A model generated the notes under the pieces. It worked only from the letters and a program-made list of their open reading frames with translations, was not told the DNA's origin and did not search any database. A DNA stretch of 63,580 bases, the filler included, from Thraustochytrium aureum (lineage: Eukaryota), in assembly GCA_012862495.1 (NCBI GenBank). It is 5 parts of 3 records of this genome, joined end to end, with 100 filler letters (N's around TTAATTAATTAA, not from the genome) between each part and the next. Parts side by side here need not be neighbours in the genome. Positions count along the whole stretch, not along the records: positions 7,200 to 37,946 come from BLSG01000242.1; 4 more parts are not named here. The stretch is one strand, 5' to 3'. Of the stretch, positions 21,301 through 31,840 are shown one piece after another. The translations under genes were made by a program, and so were the position numbers. Position 1 is the first letter of the stretch. Each line of letters begins with the position of its first letter.

Positions 21301-22082
21301 TGGCGTGCACCATCCTCGACACCTCGAGCGAGTTTTTGCGCACGCCAAAACTCGCCGCGCGAGTGGCGCGCTACTGGATATTCTTGGACCGCTATTTGCT
21401 TGCAAAGGCGTACGTTCCCCTGGAGATCGAGTTTCTCGTCTCGGACACGTTTGCCAAGCTCGGGAACCCAGCCCGACGCGACCAGCANNNNNNNNNNNNN
21501 NNNNNNNNNNNNNNNNNNNNNNNNNNNNNNNNNNNNNNNNNNNNNNNNNNNNNNNNNNNNNNNNNNNNNNNNNNNNNNNNNNNNNNNNNNNNNNNNNNNN
21601 NNNNNNNNNNNNNNNNNNNNNNNNNNNNNNNNNNNNNNNNNNNNNNNNNNNNNNNNNNNNNNNNNNNNNNNNNNNNNNNNNNNNNNNNNNNNNNNNNNNN
21701 NNNNNNNNNNNNNNNNNNNNNNNNNNNNNNNNNNNNNNNNNNNNNNNNNNNNNNNNNNNNNNNNNNNNNNNNNNNNNNNNNNNNNNNNNNNNNNNNNNNN
21801 NNNNNNNNNNNNNNNNNNNNNNNNNNNNNNNNNNNNNNNNNNNNNNNNNNNNNNNNNNNNNNNNNNNNNNNNNNNNNNNNNNNNNNNNNNNNNNNNNNNN
21901 NNNNNNNNNNNNNNNNNNNNNNNNNNNNNNNNNNNNNNNNNNNNNNNNNNNNNNNNNNNNNNNNNNNNNNNNNNNNNNNNNNNNNNNNNNNNNNNNNNNN
22001 NNNNNNNNNNNNNNNNNNNNNNNNNNNNNNNNNNNNNNNNNNNNNNNNCAAAGCCTATGACCGGGTCTTTGGCGACTCGTAG
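18325..22082 (+). CDS. UPF2: Nonsense-mediated decay factor UPF2 (three MIF4G domains); 1-nt frameshift at 20433-20435; gap 21488-22048; 3' end tentative
   Basis: Motifs: ADVKKTTGFVKKVR, LNLRRYVSEIV, DEESRIFYQNLPDL, LLPFYARI, RNVRFIGELIKF, DFSGHNIDCICALFETAGRFLYRT, LAELFNHRM and DPPHESFRLRVACTILDT. Adding one A gives PPRQSLAKVSRQRSQQELFVRYL, which joins ORFs 18325-20439 and 20469+. Confidence 0.92.
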
Positions 22083-22214
22083 GCAGGCGGCGAGTCGCAC
22101 ACAAACGGCAAGTCGGAGTGGGCCGCTTGCAGCACCAAGGCTCTGCCGCGGAACGGGCCGCGAAACGGGATGCGAATGTAAACCAGCCTTGCAATTGCTG
22201 TGCTTCTCTCGTTT

Positions 22215-23849
22215 TCAGCCTTGTTTTGGTGCGCATGCAATCGCGTGCGCTTCCGGCAGCTTGGCGCGTTGGATCTTTCCGGTTGCCGTGCGCGGGAGTT
22301 GGTCGACCGAGTCGAGCAGCCAGAAATCCTGCGGGATGAGCGCAGGGGCGAGGCGCAGCTCGCATCGGTCGAGCATCTCACTAAAAAGAATGGACGGGTC
22401 GATCCGCGCGCCGGGCTGGTTCGGGACCACGGCGCAAGTGACAGCATTGTCGCTAGCTCGGAGGAAGACGACTGCAGCGCTGACTCCTGCGTGCTGCAGG
22501 AGGACGCGCTCGACCTCAGATGGGTAAAACGAGGCCCCGCTCGGCAGGGCTGCGGAGCGCATGTTACTTCGTTAGCCTCCAAACAGGCGACCCAGGCGAC
22601 TCGGCTTCTGCGTGCGTCGTTCGCCCTTGTGCGCTCTACAAAAACAAAAACTTACTGATCCGGTCATCTGCTCTCCCCAGAAGGAATATAAACCCGGACT
22701 CGTCTCGGAAGCCCATGTCGCCCGTCCTGAAAAGGCCGCCCTTGGACCAGCACGACTCGCTAAGGCTCGGCTTGCGCCAGTATTCAAGGAACATCATGCT
22801 TGTCGTCGCGAGGATCTCGCCAGGGTGCGCTCTATCGCCCTGGACAAGCTGGCCAGTCGCAGGGTCCGCAAACTGGACAGGGGGGATCCCCGGCGGCTCG
22901 ACGCCGACGGAGCCCGCGTGGTCAGCAAAGTCGTTGGGCCTCAGCATGGTGATCATTCCGCACTCTGTACTGCCATACACCTCGAAGAAGGCCGCCTTGG
23001 CAAAGAAAGAGCGAATGCGCTCCTGCGTGCTGCGGGACGTCATTGCGCCACTCACGAGCACCTGGCTCAAGGACCCCGCCCCAGCTGCCTCTGCGCTGCT
23101 GCACCCCGGCACATTGACTTGCGAAGCTTCGATGAGCGAGAGAAATTGCGATGGCCCTCCCGTGGTGAACGTTGCACCATGCGCCTGGATCGCCGAGAGC
23201 AGCTTCGCCCCGTTCGTACAGGCTGCACGAGGAAGCAACACGCATTGCGCGCCGAGGTAAAGAGCCATCATGGAGAAGAAAAACGTCGAAACGCCATGCA
23301 TCGGGTACATGGCAAGGAAGACGTCCTTCTCGTCCATTCGCATGTGGCAGAGGTGGTTGAATGCGCCCTCGACGGTTCCGCGCTGCGTGCGCACCGCGCC
23401 CTTGCGGACCCCGGAGGTGGTTCCGGAAGTGTACATGATCACCCAGGGATCGTCCATTCCGCCCTTGCAGGGCAGCAGATCATCCGCTCTTGCATGCAGT
23501 TCGGCCACGGACGAGTTGAGGAGCTCCACCTGCACCTTGCGGACGGCCTTGCGCAACGCTGCGGCTGCAGCTTCAGAGTTGCTGCAGACCACGACTGGGT
23601 CTGCGTCGGCAATAATCTCCAGCCATGCCGCGGGCGGGGCAACAAAGTCAATCGGCACGAGCACCCATCCTGCGGCTGCACCTGCGAGGTACATGACAAC
23701 CCCTTCCGAGCAGTTGTCCATCACGAAGGCAACTCGGTCGCCTTTTGCGAGCTCTGGGCACCGTCTCTGGAGCTCGTTGACCACGCCCAGGGCCCTCGCC
23801 CTGATCTCCGCAAAGCTCCAAGCCTTGCACGTCCCGTCAGGCGCGACAT
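22215..23849 (-). CDS. AMP-dependent acyl-CoA synthetase/ligase (ANL family); intron 22550-22655; 5' end in or beyond gap 23850-24141
   Basis: Motifs: IMYTSGTTSGVRKG, EVYGSTECG, FRTGDMG and GRADD. The intron GTAAGT...CTAAC...CGCAG splices in phase to DDRITLPSGASFYPSEVE and the terminal LPRTATGKIQR. Confidence 0.92.
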
Positions 23850-25170
23850 NNNNNNNNNNNNNNNNNNNNNNNNNNNNNNNNNNNNNNNNNNNNNNNNNNN
23901 NNNNNNNNNNNNNNNNNNNNNNNNNNNNNNNNNNNNNNNNNNNNNNNNNNNNNNNNNNNNNNNNNNNNNNNNNNNNNNNNNNNNNNNNNNNNNNNNNNNN
24001 NNNNNNNNNNNNNNNNNNNNNNNNNNNNNNNNNNNNNNNNNNNNNNNNNNNNNNNNNNNNNNNNNNNNNNNNNNNNNNNNNNNNNNNNNNNNNNNNNNNN
24101 NNNNNNNNNNNNNNNNNNNNNNNNNNNNNNNNNNNNNNNNNGTTCGTAAAGCCCATGGCCGCGACGCAAACAGCGCCACCGAGGCCGTCCCACTGCTCGC
24201 GAGAGCGAGTCCCGAGCCGATGCGCGCCCCGGCCGCTGCCTGCTCCTGCTGGTGCACCGCGCGCTCGTTTCGATCGGGCTCTGCGCGTCTTGCGACGAGG
24301 AAGGATGTTGCCTTTGTACTAGCGTGGAGACTGACGGCATGAGACACACTTGAACGTCTCGCGACGATCTTGCTGCCCGGCCTGCGAGCAAGGAACCGAG
24401 GACGCGAGCGAGCGAGAGCCACCTCTACAGGGTGCCTGCACCTGCGCCGCCCTGGGATACGAAGTTCTCAAAAGTACTGCCCTGAAGGTCGCGCGACGGG
24501 CAGGTGCGCTCGTGCGGCTCATTTCGCCGCTCGCCGACTGCTCGCAGCAGGGCCACACGGCGATCGTCGAGATTGGGCGACTGGGCGCTGCGGCTGTCCT
24601 TCGACCGGCCCGCGGCATCGAAGCGCTGGCGCCGGGCGAGGGCGCGCGCGTTCACAATAGTCGAGTCTCCAGGTGGTCGTGGCCAAGTGGGCGCAACGCA
24701 ACCCCGCGGCCGCTCAGGGACGCGCACGAGGCAGTGCGATACAGGAGTTTCTCGGACCGCGCGCGCGAGGCCATTGGCGCGCTGGGCGAGCGAGCGGCCC
24801 GGGTCGGTGCGAGGAATCATCAACCGTCGAGGATTGCATGCGAAGCAATCTTGACGTTGCAAAAATACACAAGTCCGAAAATCTCTTTGAATGGTGTCTG
24901 AGAGCGACGGCGGAGTCGAACACCCAGGAGCAGCAGCAGACCAAGAAAGGCGGGCAAGCGGCTGGAGCGGCTGGGGACGACGCAGAAGCCAGAGCGAGCG
25001 CGAAGGGGCGGCCAGGATTGACCGTCGCGCGTGGTTGCGCAGAGGCTGCGTTGAGCCGGCGCCGTGCGGGCTTGGCTTTGGTGCGACTGCCTGGGCGCGA
25101 AGGAAGAGGAGCACGCGGGAGCACGTACGGTCGGTGCGCGCGGCGGGCGCGCAGGACCGGGCTAGAAGGG

Positions 25171-25805
25171 ATGTTTCGCCTGGTGTGGAGCAGTCCGCCG
25201 GGTGAGGCTGGGCACTACGTCAACAAGAACGTGAACTGGGTTGGCAAGCGGTTTTATGTATTTTATGTGTTTATTCTGCTCGTCGGGGTGTACGCGACCA
25301 ACCTCGTGCTCGTCGGTACCGTGCTGACGGAGGCGCAGGGCTGGACGCTGGTCAACGTAGTCCACGCCTTGGTCAACTTTACAGTGATGCACTACGTAAC
25401 TGGTGTGCCAGCGGACCTTGACAATGACGAGTTCTACCAGCTGAGTTGGTGGGAGCAGCTCGACGACGGCGTGCCGTGGACTTCCAAGAAACGAAACCTC
25501 ATGACCCTTCCCGTGGTGCTGTAAGTCTTGCTACTCGATCGGCTCGCTCTGTCGCAAATCCGCGCGAGCTCTATGTGCCCGTGCAGGACCCTTTGAGGCC
25601 GCTTGCTGACCTGCTCGTTCGGCAACGCCCCCCTCCTCGCGCCAGGTTTCTGATCGTCTCGCACGTTTCCGAGTACAACGCGGTCTATCTCTTAATAAAT
25701 CTGGCAGCTCTGGCGCTCGTTCTCGTGCCCAAGCTTCCGCAATTCTACCGCGTCAGGCTCAACTCGGCTGCCGCCGTCGCAGACGACAAGCTGCACCAGT
25801 CCTAG
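25171..25805 (+). CDS. ORMDL: ORM1/ORMDL-like ER regulator of serine palmitoyltransferase; intron 25521-25645
   Basis: Motifs: VNKNVNWV, WTLVNVVH, MHYVTGVP and LSWWEQLDDGVPWTSKKRNLMTLPVVL. The GTAAGT...GCTGAC...CCAG intron splices in phase to FLIVSH...LVPKLPQFYRVRL. Confidence 0.93.
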
Positions 25806-26030
25806 CTCTAGAGCCCCGTCTCCGGCCAGGCTCCATAGTGGGCAGCAGAGTTTTTGGCTGTTTGCGCGAGGCGCACGGAACCGCTTGCGCAAGGCCGAGA
25901 TGCCGGCAGCGGCCTGGCATCGACCATCGACGCCGTGAAATGAATAAAAGCATTGCCACAACAACCTAGAATCCCCCCTCCCCCCCTGTCGTGCGCGCCT
26001 GTTGCGCAGCTGTCCCGTTTGCACAACGGC

Positions 26031-27161
26031 TTAGACTGCGTCGGAGAAGTATGGGAAAACCCGCGTGTTCGCGAGGCTGGGCTTGAGCTGCCCGTTCTGG
26101 TCGTAAAAAAGGCGCGAAAGCAGCGGAAGCAGAGCACGAGTGGATCTGGCGCCCCAACCCGAGCCCCGAGGCACCTGACACGCCCCCACGCCTTGGCACA
26201 GGCCATGCATCTTGCTCGACGGGGCGGCCCAGCGTAGACAAGAAGCGGGTACAACGCTGAATCCAAGGGGTCCTGGTCCCCTGCGAGATGGACGCTCAAA
26301 ACCTCCATCCGGTGCTCGCAGTCGCCCTGGTGAAGGAAGAGGTACGGCGAGCCAATGCTGAGATTTTCAATGTCGCCGAACCGGACGCCCGCGACATCGA
26401 ACTGGTCCAGGTCGCGCCCACTTGTCCGCTTTGCCCAGTCCCGGATCGGCCCTCCCACGTCCACAAACCTGGAGGGGTCGACCTGCGCGAGGCGCGAGCT
26501 GCAGTACAGAGCACCTTCTACATAAAAACAATAGTTGTGGAACCGCTGCTCCCCGCCCCGGACCTGATCATGCACGCAGTGCAGGGCCTCCCGGAGCGTC
26601 GTCAATGCCGTGCTTGCCAGAACGTGCCAGTCCTGCTCAAAGTCCCGCCCGCCAATCCGAATGCGCAAGATGGGCTCACGCGCTGCAGTGCCCTCGCAGC
26701 GGTTTCGGCCTTGCTCCCCTGCGGCAAGGAGCTGGCGGCCCCGAATGTCCCACGAACTGACGGCGTCGCTCGGGGGCAAGAAGCAGTCGCGCCGCAAGAT
26801 ATCTCTGCGCCAAGCGAGCAGTTGCGGCCGCCGTCAGCCCCCAGCTTGGCGCTAGTGCGCGCGCGCGCCGCTTCCACTTACGCTTCCCAGCCGACTTGGA
26901 GCTGCCTCGTCAGCTCTTGATGGTCTGGCACGACCCCGTTCCGCTCGAGCTCCGCAAGTTTGGCCAGCCCGCGCGCGCCGGACGCAGCCGCCGCGACCTG
27001 GCTCGCAATCGCTTTTCGACAGCCTCGAGCGGCGAGTCCTCCGTGGCATCCCCCACCTCAAGCCCGCGCTCCTCGCCGCAGTCTGCGGCGTCTCGCAGCT
27101 CGGCGCGCGCCAGTTCGAGGACATCCTCGAAGGCAGGCTGCACGGCCCAGCACCGCTCCAT
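26031..27161 (-). CDS. SNAPC3: snRNA-activating protein complex subunit 3 (SNAP50); intron 26805-26881; 1-nt frameshifts at ~27013-27016 and ~26105-26110; start uncertain
   Basis: Motifs: LREALHCVHD, FYVEGALY, LSIGSPYLFLHQGDCEH, the zinc finger CMAC...LCFRCF, and the restored C-terminus FFYDQNG...VFPYFSDAV* (TAA at 26031). The GTAAGT...CGCAG intron is in phase. Confidence 0.85.
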
Positions 27162-27218
27162 CGCCGCCCGGCCCGTCCTCGCGAAGGCGAGCGCGCAAGC
27201 CCGCTGGCATCGAGCGAG

Positions 27219-29081
27219 CTAACAAGCGTCGGGCCCTTGGGGCCTGGCGAGGCCGCCCCGAGTCGCGCGGCGCAGGGCGGGCGCGCCGTGCGAGTCGGCC
27301 GGCGTTCTGGGTCTGGCGCGGGCCGAGTATCGAGTTGAGCGGGGACTTTCAGAGGCAATTTTGAGNNNNNNNNNNNNNNNNNNNNNNNNNNNNNNNNNNN
27401 NNNNNNNNNNNNNNNNNNNNNNNNNNNNNNNNNNNNNNNNNNNNNNNNNNNNNNNNNNNNNNNNNNNNNNNNNNNNNNNNNNNNNNNTCCGCGTCACCGA
27501 GCCCCGCTGGTGGTGCTGCGTGGGCTGAGCGTCCCCCGCCCCCGCCTGGCGCGGCCCCTCGCTCCAGCTGAGGTCAACGTGGTCGCACTGGTGCGCGTCC
27601 ACCATGCCAGCGCCTACCGGGTGGCGGCGGCCCCTCTCGCGCGACTCCGCTTCTGCACGCTCCAGAACCGAAGGCCCCTCCGACCACGCGATAAGGTCTC
27701 CGTGGCTGGTCTGGGCCTTGGAGGTCTGCTTTGGGATGCGCCTCGTTGCGTGCCCAGGCTCGGCGCCAGCTGCCGCGGGGGGCTGTCCAAACGTGCGCTC
27801 TGGCGCCCCAACGTGGGGCACAGCGTGGGGGTGCTCGCCATCGACGGCGCGAAGCATTGGGTCAAACGCCAGGGCAAACTGCTGAAAGTTGACGGTCCCG
27901 TCGGCCTTGGCGCGCGCAAGCAGTCGCGCGACTTCCGGCGGCGTCGGGGCCTGGAGGAGATCGCCCAGCTTGCGCTCAAACTCGCCCGTCGACATCCGGC
28001 CTTGGTCCAGCATCCGAATGAGCGAGTACAGCTGTTCCTTGAGAAGCGCGCCATGGGAGACCGGCGGCAAAGCCGGCGCGGCATCCCGCTGCTCCGGGTC
28101 GTCGTCGAACAAGATCGAGCTCTTTGTGTTGAGATGGTCCTGGTCGATGCGCTTGCGCGACTTTTGCGGCGACTTGACTGCAAAGACCTCGCTCGAGGGG
28201 CCGAGCGCAGTAACGTTCCAAGGCGAGTCGACGCTTTCGCGGGCTCGGGGGGAGATCGGGGCAGTAAACTCGGGCACAGCACGCTCGACACGCTCGCGGC
28301 CACCGCTCTCGCCTCGCCAGCTGATTACGTCCACGTCTGGCTTGCGCGACGAGACCGCTGGGCCGCTTCCCATGTTGAGCGGCTGCGTCGAGATCGGCTC
28401 GTTCACCTGGAGCAGAGCTTGGAACATTTGTGAGAAAGTCATGTCGAGGGCATCCGCGCGGACCAGATTCATGAAAGCGGTAGTCAGCTCTAGTCCCAGC
28501 GCCTCGACCTCGCGCTGCACCCTTGTGGCGTCGACGCGTCCGGTGTCGTACTTGTTGAAAATGTCGCGGAGCTCCGCGGTCGCTGCGCGCACGCGGGCTT
28601 TGGGGTCCAGGCCGTGCAGCGCGTTCACGCTCTGCGCGCCGTCTATGTTGAGAGTCAGGCGAGGCGGCGCTTGCGATTGGGCCGCGGGTTGGCGGCTCTG
28701 TGCAACCGCGGTATGGCTGTCTGGGTGGCTCTTTATCGCTCCTGCCCCAGCTTGCGCTGCTGGTGAGCTAGCGGGGAGCGGAGGCCGGGTAGAGGGCCTG
28801 GCCACCTTTTCGGCGGAGCGCGGCGGGGGCGCCCCGATCACCGCCGGCGGCGCATTCCCCGCGGCTGCGCCGGCCTTGGACTCAAGCTCTGCAAAGTCGA
28901 TCTCGCCGTCGCTCCCGACCCTGCACTGCAGCACAATCGAGTCTGCTGCTGGAGACCCCAGCGGGGCGCCCGCCCGCTCCAATACGCTCTGGAACGTCCC
29001 TGCGGGGACTCGCTTGTGGCCACTGGTGTCGAGTCGGCGGAGCTCCTCGAGCACCCTGAGCGTGGTGTTGTTCTCGGCCAT
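27219..29081 (-). CDS. Protein with degenerate EF-hand pairs and low-complexity linkers; 3' end uncertain across gap 27366-27487
   Basis: Helix-loop-helix, EF-hand-like segments: LRRLDTSGHKRV, GSDGEIDFAEL, LRDIFNKYDTGRVD, LDQGRMSTGEF and ADGTVNFQQF. Confidence 0.6.
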   Translation of the reverse strand: MAENNTTLRVLEELRRLDTSGHKRVPAGTFQSVLERAGAPLGSPAADSIVLQCRVGSDGEIDFAELESKAGAAAGNAPPAVIGAPPPRSAEKVARPSTRPPLPASSPAAQAGAGAIKSHPDSHTAVAQSRQPAAQSQAPPRLTLNIDGAQSVNALHGLDPKARVRAATAELRDIFNKYDTGRVDATRVQREVEALGLELTTAFMNLVRADALDMTFSQMFQALLQVNEPISTQPLNMGSGPAVSSRKPDVDVISWRGESGGRERVERAVPEFTAPISPRARESVDSPWNVTALGPSSEVFAVKSPQKSRKRIDQDHLNTKSSILFDDDPEQRDAAPALPPVSHGALLKEQLYSLIRMLDQGRMSTGEFERKLGDLLQAPTPPEVARLLARAKADGTVNFQQFALAFDPMLRAVDGEHPHAVPHVGAPERTFGQPPAAAGAEPGHATRRIPKQTSKAQTSHGDLIAWSEGPSVLERAEAESRERGRRHPVGAGMVDAHQCDHVDLSWSEGPRQAGAGDAQPTQHHQRGSVTRXXXXXXXXXXXXXXXXXXXXXXXXXXXXXXXXXXXXXXXXXLKIASESPRSTRYSARARPRTPADSHGAPALRRATRGGLARPQGPDAC

Positions 29082-29738
29082 CGCCGCTTCTTCTTCTTGT
29101 TNNNNNNNNNNNNNNNNNNNNNNNNNNNNNNNNNNNNNNNNNNNNNNNNNNNNNNNNNNNNNNNNNNNNNNNNNNNNNNNNNNNNNNNNNNNNNNNNNNN
29201 NNNNNNNNNNNNNNNNNNNNNNNNNNNNNNNNNNNNNNNNNNNNNNNNNNNNNNNNNNNNNNNNNNNNNNNNNNNNNNNNNNNNNNNNNNNNNNNNNNNN
29301 NNNNCTTCTTGTTGGTCTGTCGGCCCGCCTTGCCCTCCCTCGCTCGCGCTCGGTGCCCGTCTCTCGCTCGCTCGCTCGAGCGCCAGCCTCAAGCACGCAG
29401 TGCCGGGGCGCGCGCTGTCGTCCTGCGCGGCGGAAGGCGAGCAAGTCTGCCTGCCTGTTCGTGCAGGACAGGCTCGTTTTGTCTTGCTGCTAACCGCCAA
29501 AAACGCACGACTCGGGTCTCCCTGGGTGGGTGGAGCCTCGCCGCGTCCTGCTCGAGAGCGAGGCCGGCCGACGACTTGGATGGGGGCGCACGCGGATGGC
29601 ACTTCTGGCTCCTGCTGGCTTGCTCTGGAGCTCGCTCTCGCTCTCTACTAGTAGAGAGCGAGAGGGAGTCTCTGGAGGTTGGCGGTAGCGGGAGTGATCG
29701 CGAGGCGCAAACAGGAGAGCGCACTGCTCCGTCCGCCG

Positions 29739-30968
29739 CTATGGCGCTTCCTGCAAGTACCAGCGGCCCGCGACAGGCTCGAGGAAGGCCGCTGCAGAGG
29801 CGAGGGGCCTGAGCGGCTCAGTGCCGCATTCAACACACTTGATACGAAGCGGGATTGTCGGCGCGCTTGGCTCAGGCGACAAGGTCGCTTGGAGGTGCAG
29901 GTGAGGCCGCGGCGAAAAGCCAACGCTGCCAGAGTCGCAGATGTGCTGGCCAGCGCTCACCCGCTCGCCCAGTGCAACGCGAGAGCTTCCGGCGCGAATG
30001 TGGACGTACTCGATGAAGAGGCCAGAGTCCAACTGGAGCAGGATGGCGTTCCACCGGAACAGGTTGCTGGTCAATATGCCCTCGACCTTCTCGGCGTCGC
30101 GGACCTCGACGACGCGGCCGTTTCCAACGGCAAGCACTGGCGTCCCCACGGGGCACTCAAAGTCGACGGCGTGAAAGTTGGACGGGAAAAAGTGGGTGAA
30201 CTGCCCACCCGCGCCTTGGGAGCAGAGCAGGGGAGCACTGCTCTGTAGCGGAAACTCCACGCCGTGCGGCGCCCCTGCGGTGCAGACGGGCGCCTCGTGC
30301 GGGTCCCATGTCTTGATGTCCGAAATAAGGAACGGGCCGCAGCCCGGCCCGGGTTTCACGTCTGCCTCTGGCATCGCGCTCAAGTAGCAGAGGTCCATCA
30401 GGTGCGAGGGCTGCACCATGACCACAAAGCTTACGCAAGGGAAATGCGCGCCGTCCTCGTCAACAGCCTCCCCTGGCTCGATCGGTGCTCCGTTGTGGGC
30501 CAATACCGGAAGGCACGGCCCGCCGACCGAAATGTTGAAGCATTTGTGCTTGTCTTCGTTCGTGTTGACCACGCTCAGCAAGCCCGTTTCGGGGTCGAGC
30601 GATATCTCTGGCACCTCGTCCGGGCTGAGGTCCTCCCCGAAGGCGCCAGGCTCCAGCTTCTCGACCCCAATAACCCACGGCGCGTCAAGATGCGCGACAT
30701 AGCACCCTGGGCAACTCGCCTCCACGAAGTTTCCAGGCGCGCCTTGCGGCGGCGCACCGGCGTGTCCACCCGCCAGGGCGCCCTCCGCCGCCTTCGGCGC
30801 CACCGCGGCGCCTCGCTCGCGGACTTGGGCCGCCGCAGCTCGTGCAGCCTGCAGCGCCTCGATCCGTTTGCGCAGCTTTTGCCTCTTCTTCTTCCCAGCG
30901 TTGCCTGGCGGGACGTCCGCGAGCTGCCTCTCCAGCTCCGCCAGGCGGGCCTCCTCCGCGTCCCCCAT
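29739..30968 (-). CDS. M23/LytM-family zinc metallopeptidase with N-terminal extension
   Basis: Motifs: HAVDFECPVGTPVLAVGNGRV, EYVHI and VALGERVSAGQHICDSGSVGFSPRPHLH (HxH). ATG 30968 (MGDAEE) is preferred to 31070, which lies inside the repeat array. Confidence 0.9.
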   Translation of the reverse strand: MGDAEEARLAELERQLADVPPGNAGKKKRQKLRKRIEALQAARAAAAQVRERGAAVAPKAAEGALAGGHAGAPPQGAPGNFVEASCPGCYVAHLDAPWVIGVEKLEPGAFGEDLSPDEVPEISLDPETGLLSVVNTNEDKHKCFNISVGGPCLPVLAHNGAPIEPGEAVDEDGAHFPCVSFVVMVQPSHLMDLCYLSAMPEADVKPGPGCGPFLISDIKTWDPHEAPVCTAGAPHGVEFPLQSSAPLLCSQGAGGQFTHFFPSNFHAVDFECPVGTPVLAVGNGRVVEVRDAEKVEGILTSNLFRWNAILLQLDSGLFIEYVHIRAGSSRVALGERVSAGQHICDSGSVGFSPRPHLHLQATLSPEPSAPTIPLRIKCVECGTEPLRPLASAAAFLEPVAGRWYLQEAP

Positions 30969-31040
30969 CTTGCGCTCCCTCCTTCCCTCCTGCCCGCGGC
31001 GCCACGCCTCCTCTCGTCCGACCTGCTCTGCTCCAGCGAC

Positions 31041-31314
31041 GAACAAAACCCGATCTCTCTTGTTCTTCACGGGAGAACATAATCCGATCTTTATTGTTCT
31101 TTATAGAGAACAACTCTTGGTACTCTTGTTCCTCATGGGAGAACAAACTCCGACCTCTCTTGTTCTTCATGGGGGAACAAACTCCGACCTCTCTTGTTCG
31201 TTGTAGAGAACAAACAGTGGTACTCTTGTTCGTTGTAGAGAACAAACAGTGGGTACTCTTGTTCGTTGTAGAGAACAAAGAATGAACAGAACAAATGAGC
31301 ACTCTGATTTGTTC
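31041..31314. repeat. AT-rich tandem array (~32-34-bp unit, about 8 units) of alternating GAACAA / TTGTTC inverted hexamers
   Basis: Units read GAACAA-N12/13-TTGTTC-N8/9, for example gaacaa actccgacctctc ttgttc ttcatgggg and gaacaa acagtggtactc ttgttc gttgtaga. Confidence 0.92.
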
Positions 31315-31840
31315 TTTGCCGCTTTGCGGGACTCGGTGAGCGTTTTGCGGGTTTCACGCGACACAGTTCTTCATTCTGTCATGGTGAACAAGAGGAGCCT
31401 GCTTTATTCTGTGCCTGTGAGCGCTTTGCTCTTCGCGGGGAACAAAGCGTGCGCGGTATTGTTCGTTGGCGGAGCTGTTCTGTTCTGGCCTCGTTTGGGT
31501 GCTGGCGGTTGCACGAGCGCGACGAGAACGCGCCTCCCGTGCGCGCAGCAGACCCTGAACGCGAGCGTGCAGGCGGGCGCGCAGGCGGGCGCGCGGGCGA
31601 GGACCGGCTCCGGGCTCCTCGAGCTGGCTGGCTGGCTTGCCGGGGCGAAAGCTGCGCAAGGACTGGGCTGGAGAACCGCGTTGCTCGAGTTGATCGGCCG
31701 CGTTCGGGCGTGACGCCATTTTATGTCTGCGGGCCGGCGCGGCGGCCTCTCGCGCGGCTCGGCGCCTACCTGGGGCTGCGCGGCGCTGTGATCGGCGCCA
31801 GCGAAAATAGCCCGGGGAGGGCGGCTGGCTGGCTGCAGAG

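Noticed and set aside
22215..23849. NRPS or secondary-metabolite cluster around the adenylation enzyme
   Set aside because: No carrier, condensation or thioesterase domain is visible, and the neighbours are housekeeping genes (UPF2, ORMDL).
27510..29493. Long antisense ORFs (e.g. 27889-29493 +, 22612-24342 +, 60780-62000 -)
   Set aside because: They are shadows of GC-rich coding sequence on the opposite strand and carry no independent motifs.
31041..31314. CRISPR array interpretation of the repeat
   Set aside because: The conserved parts are only hexamers, the spacers are 8-13 nt and related to each other, there are no cas genes, and the context is eukaryotic.
30685..31364. ORFs translated through the repeat array (e.g. 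30685-31302, and the 31070 start of the M23 ORF)
   Set aside because: The repetitive peptides are a by-product of the DNA repeat. ATG 30968 is the more plausible start.
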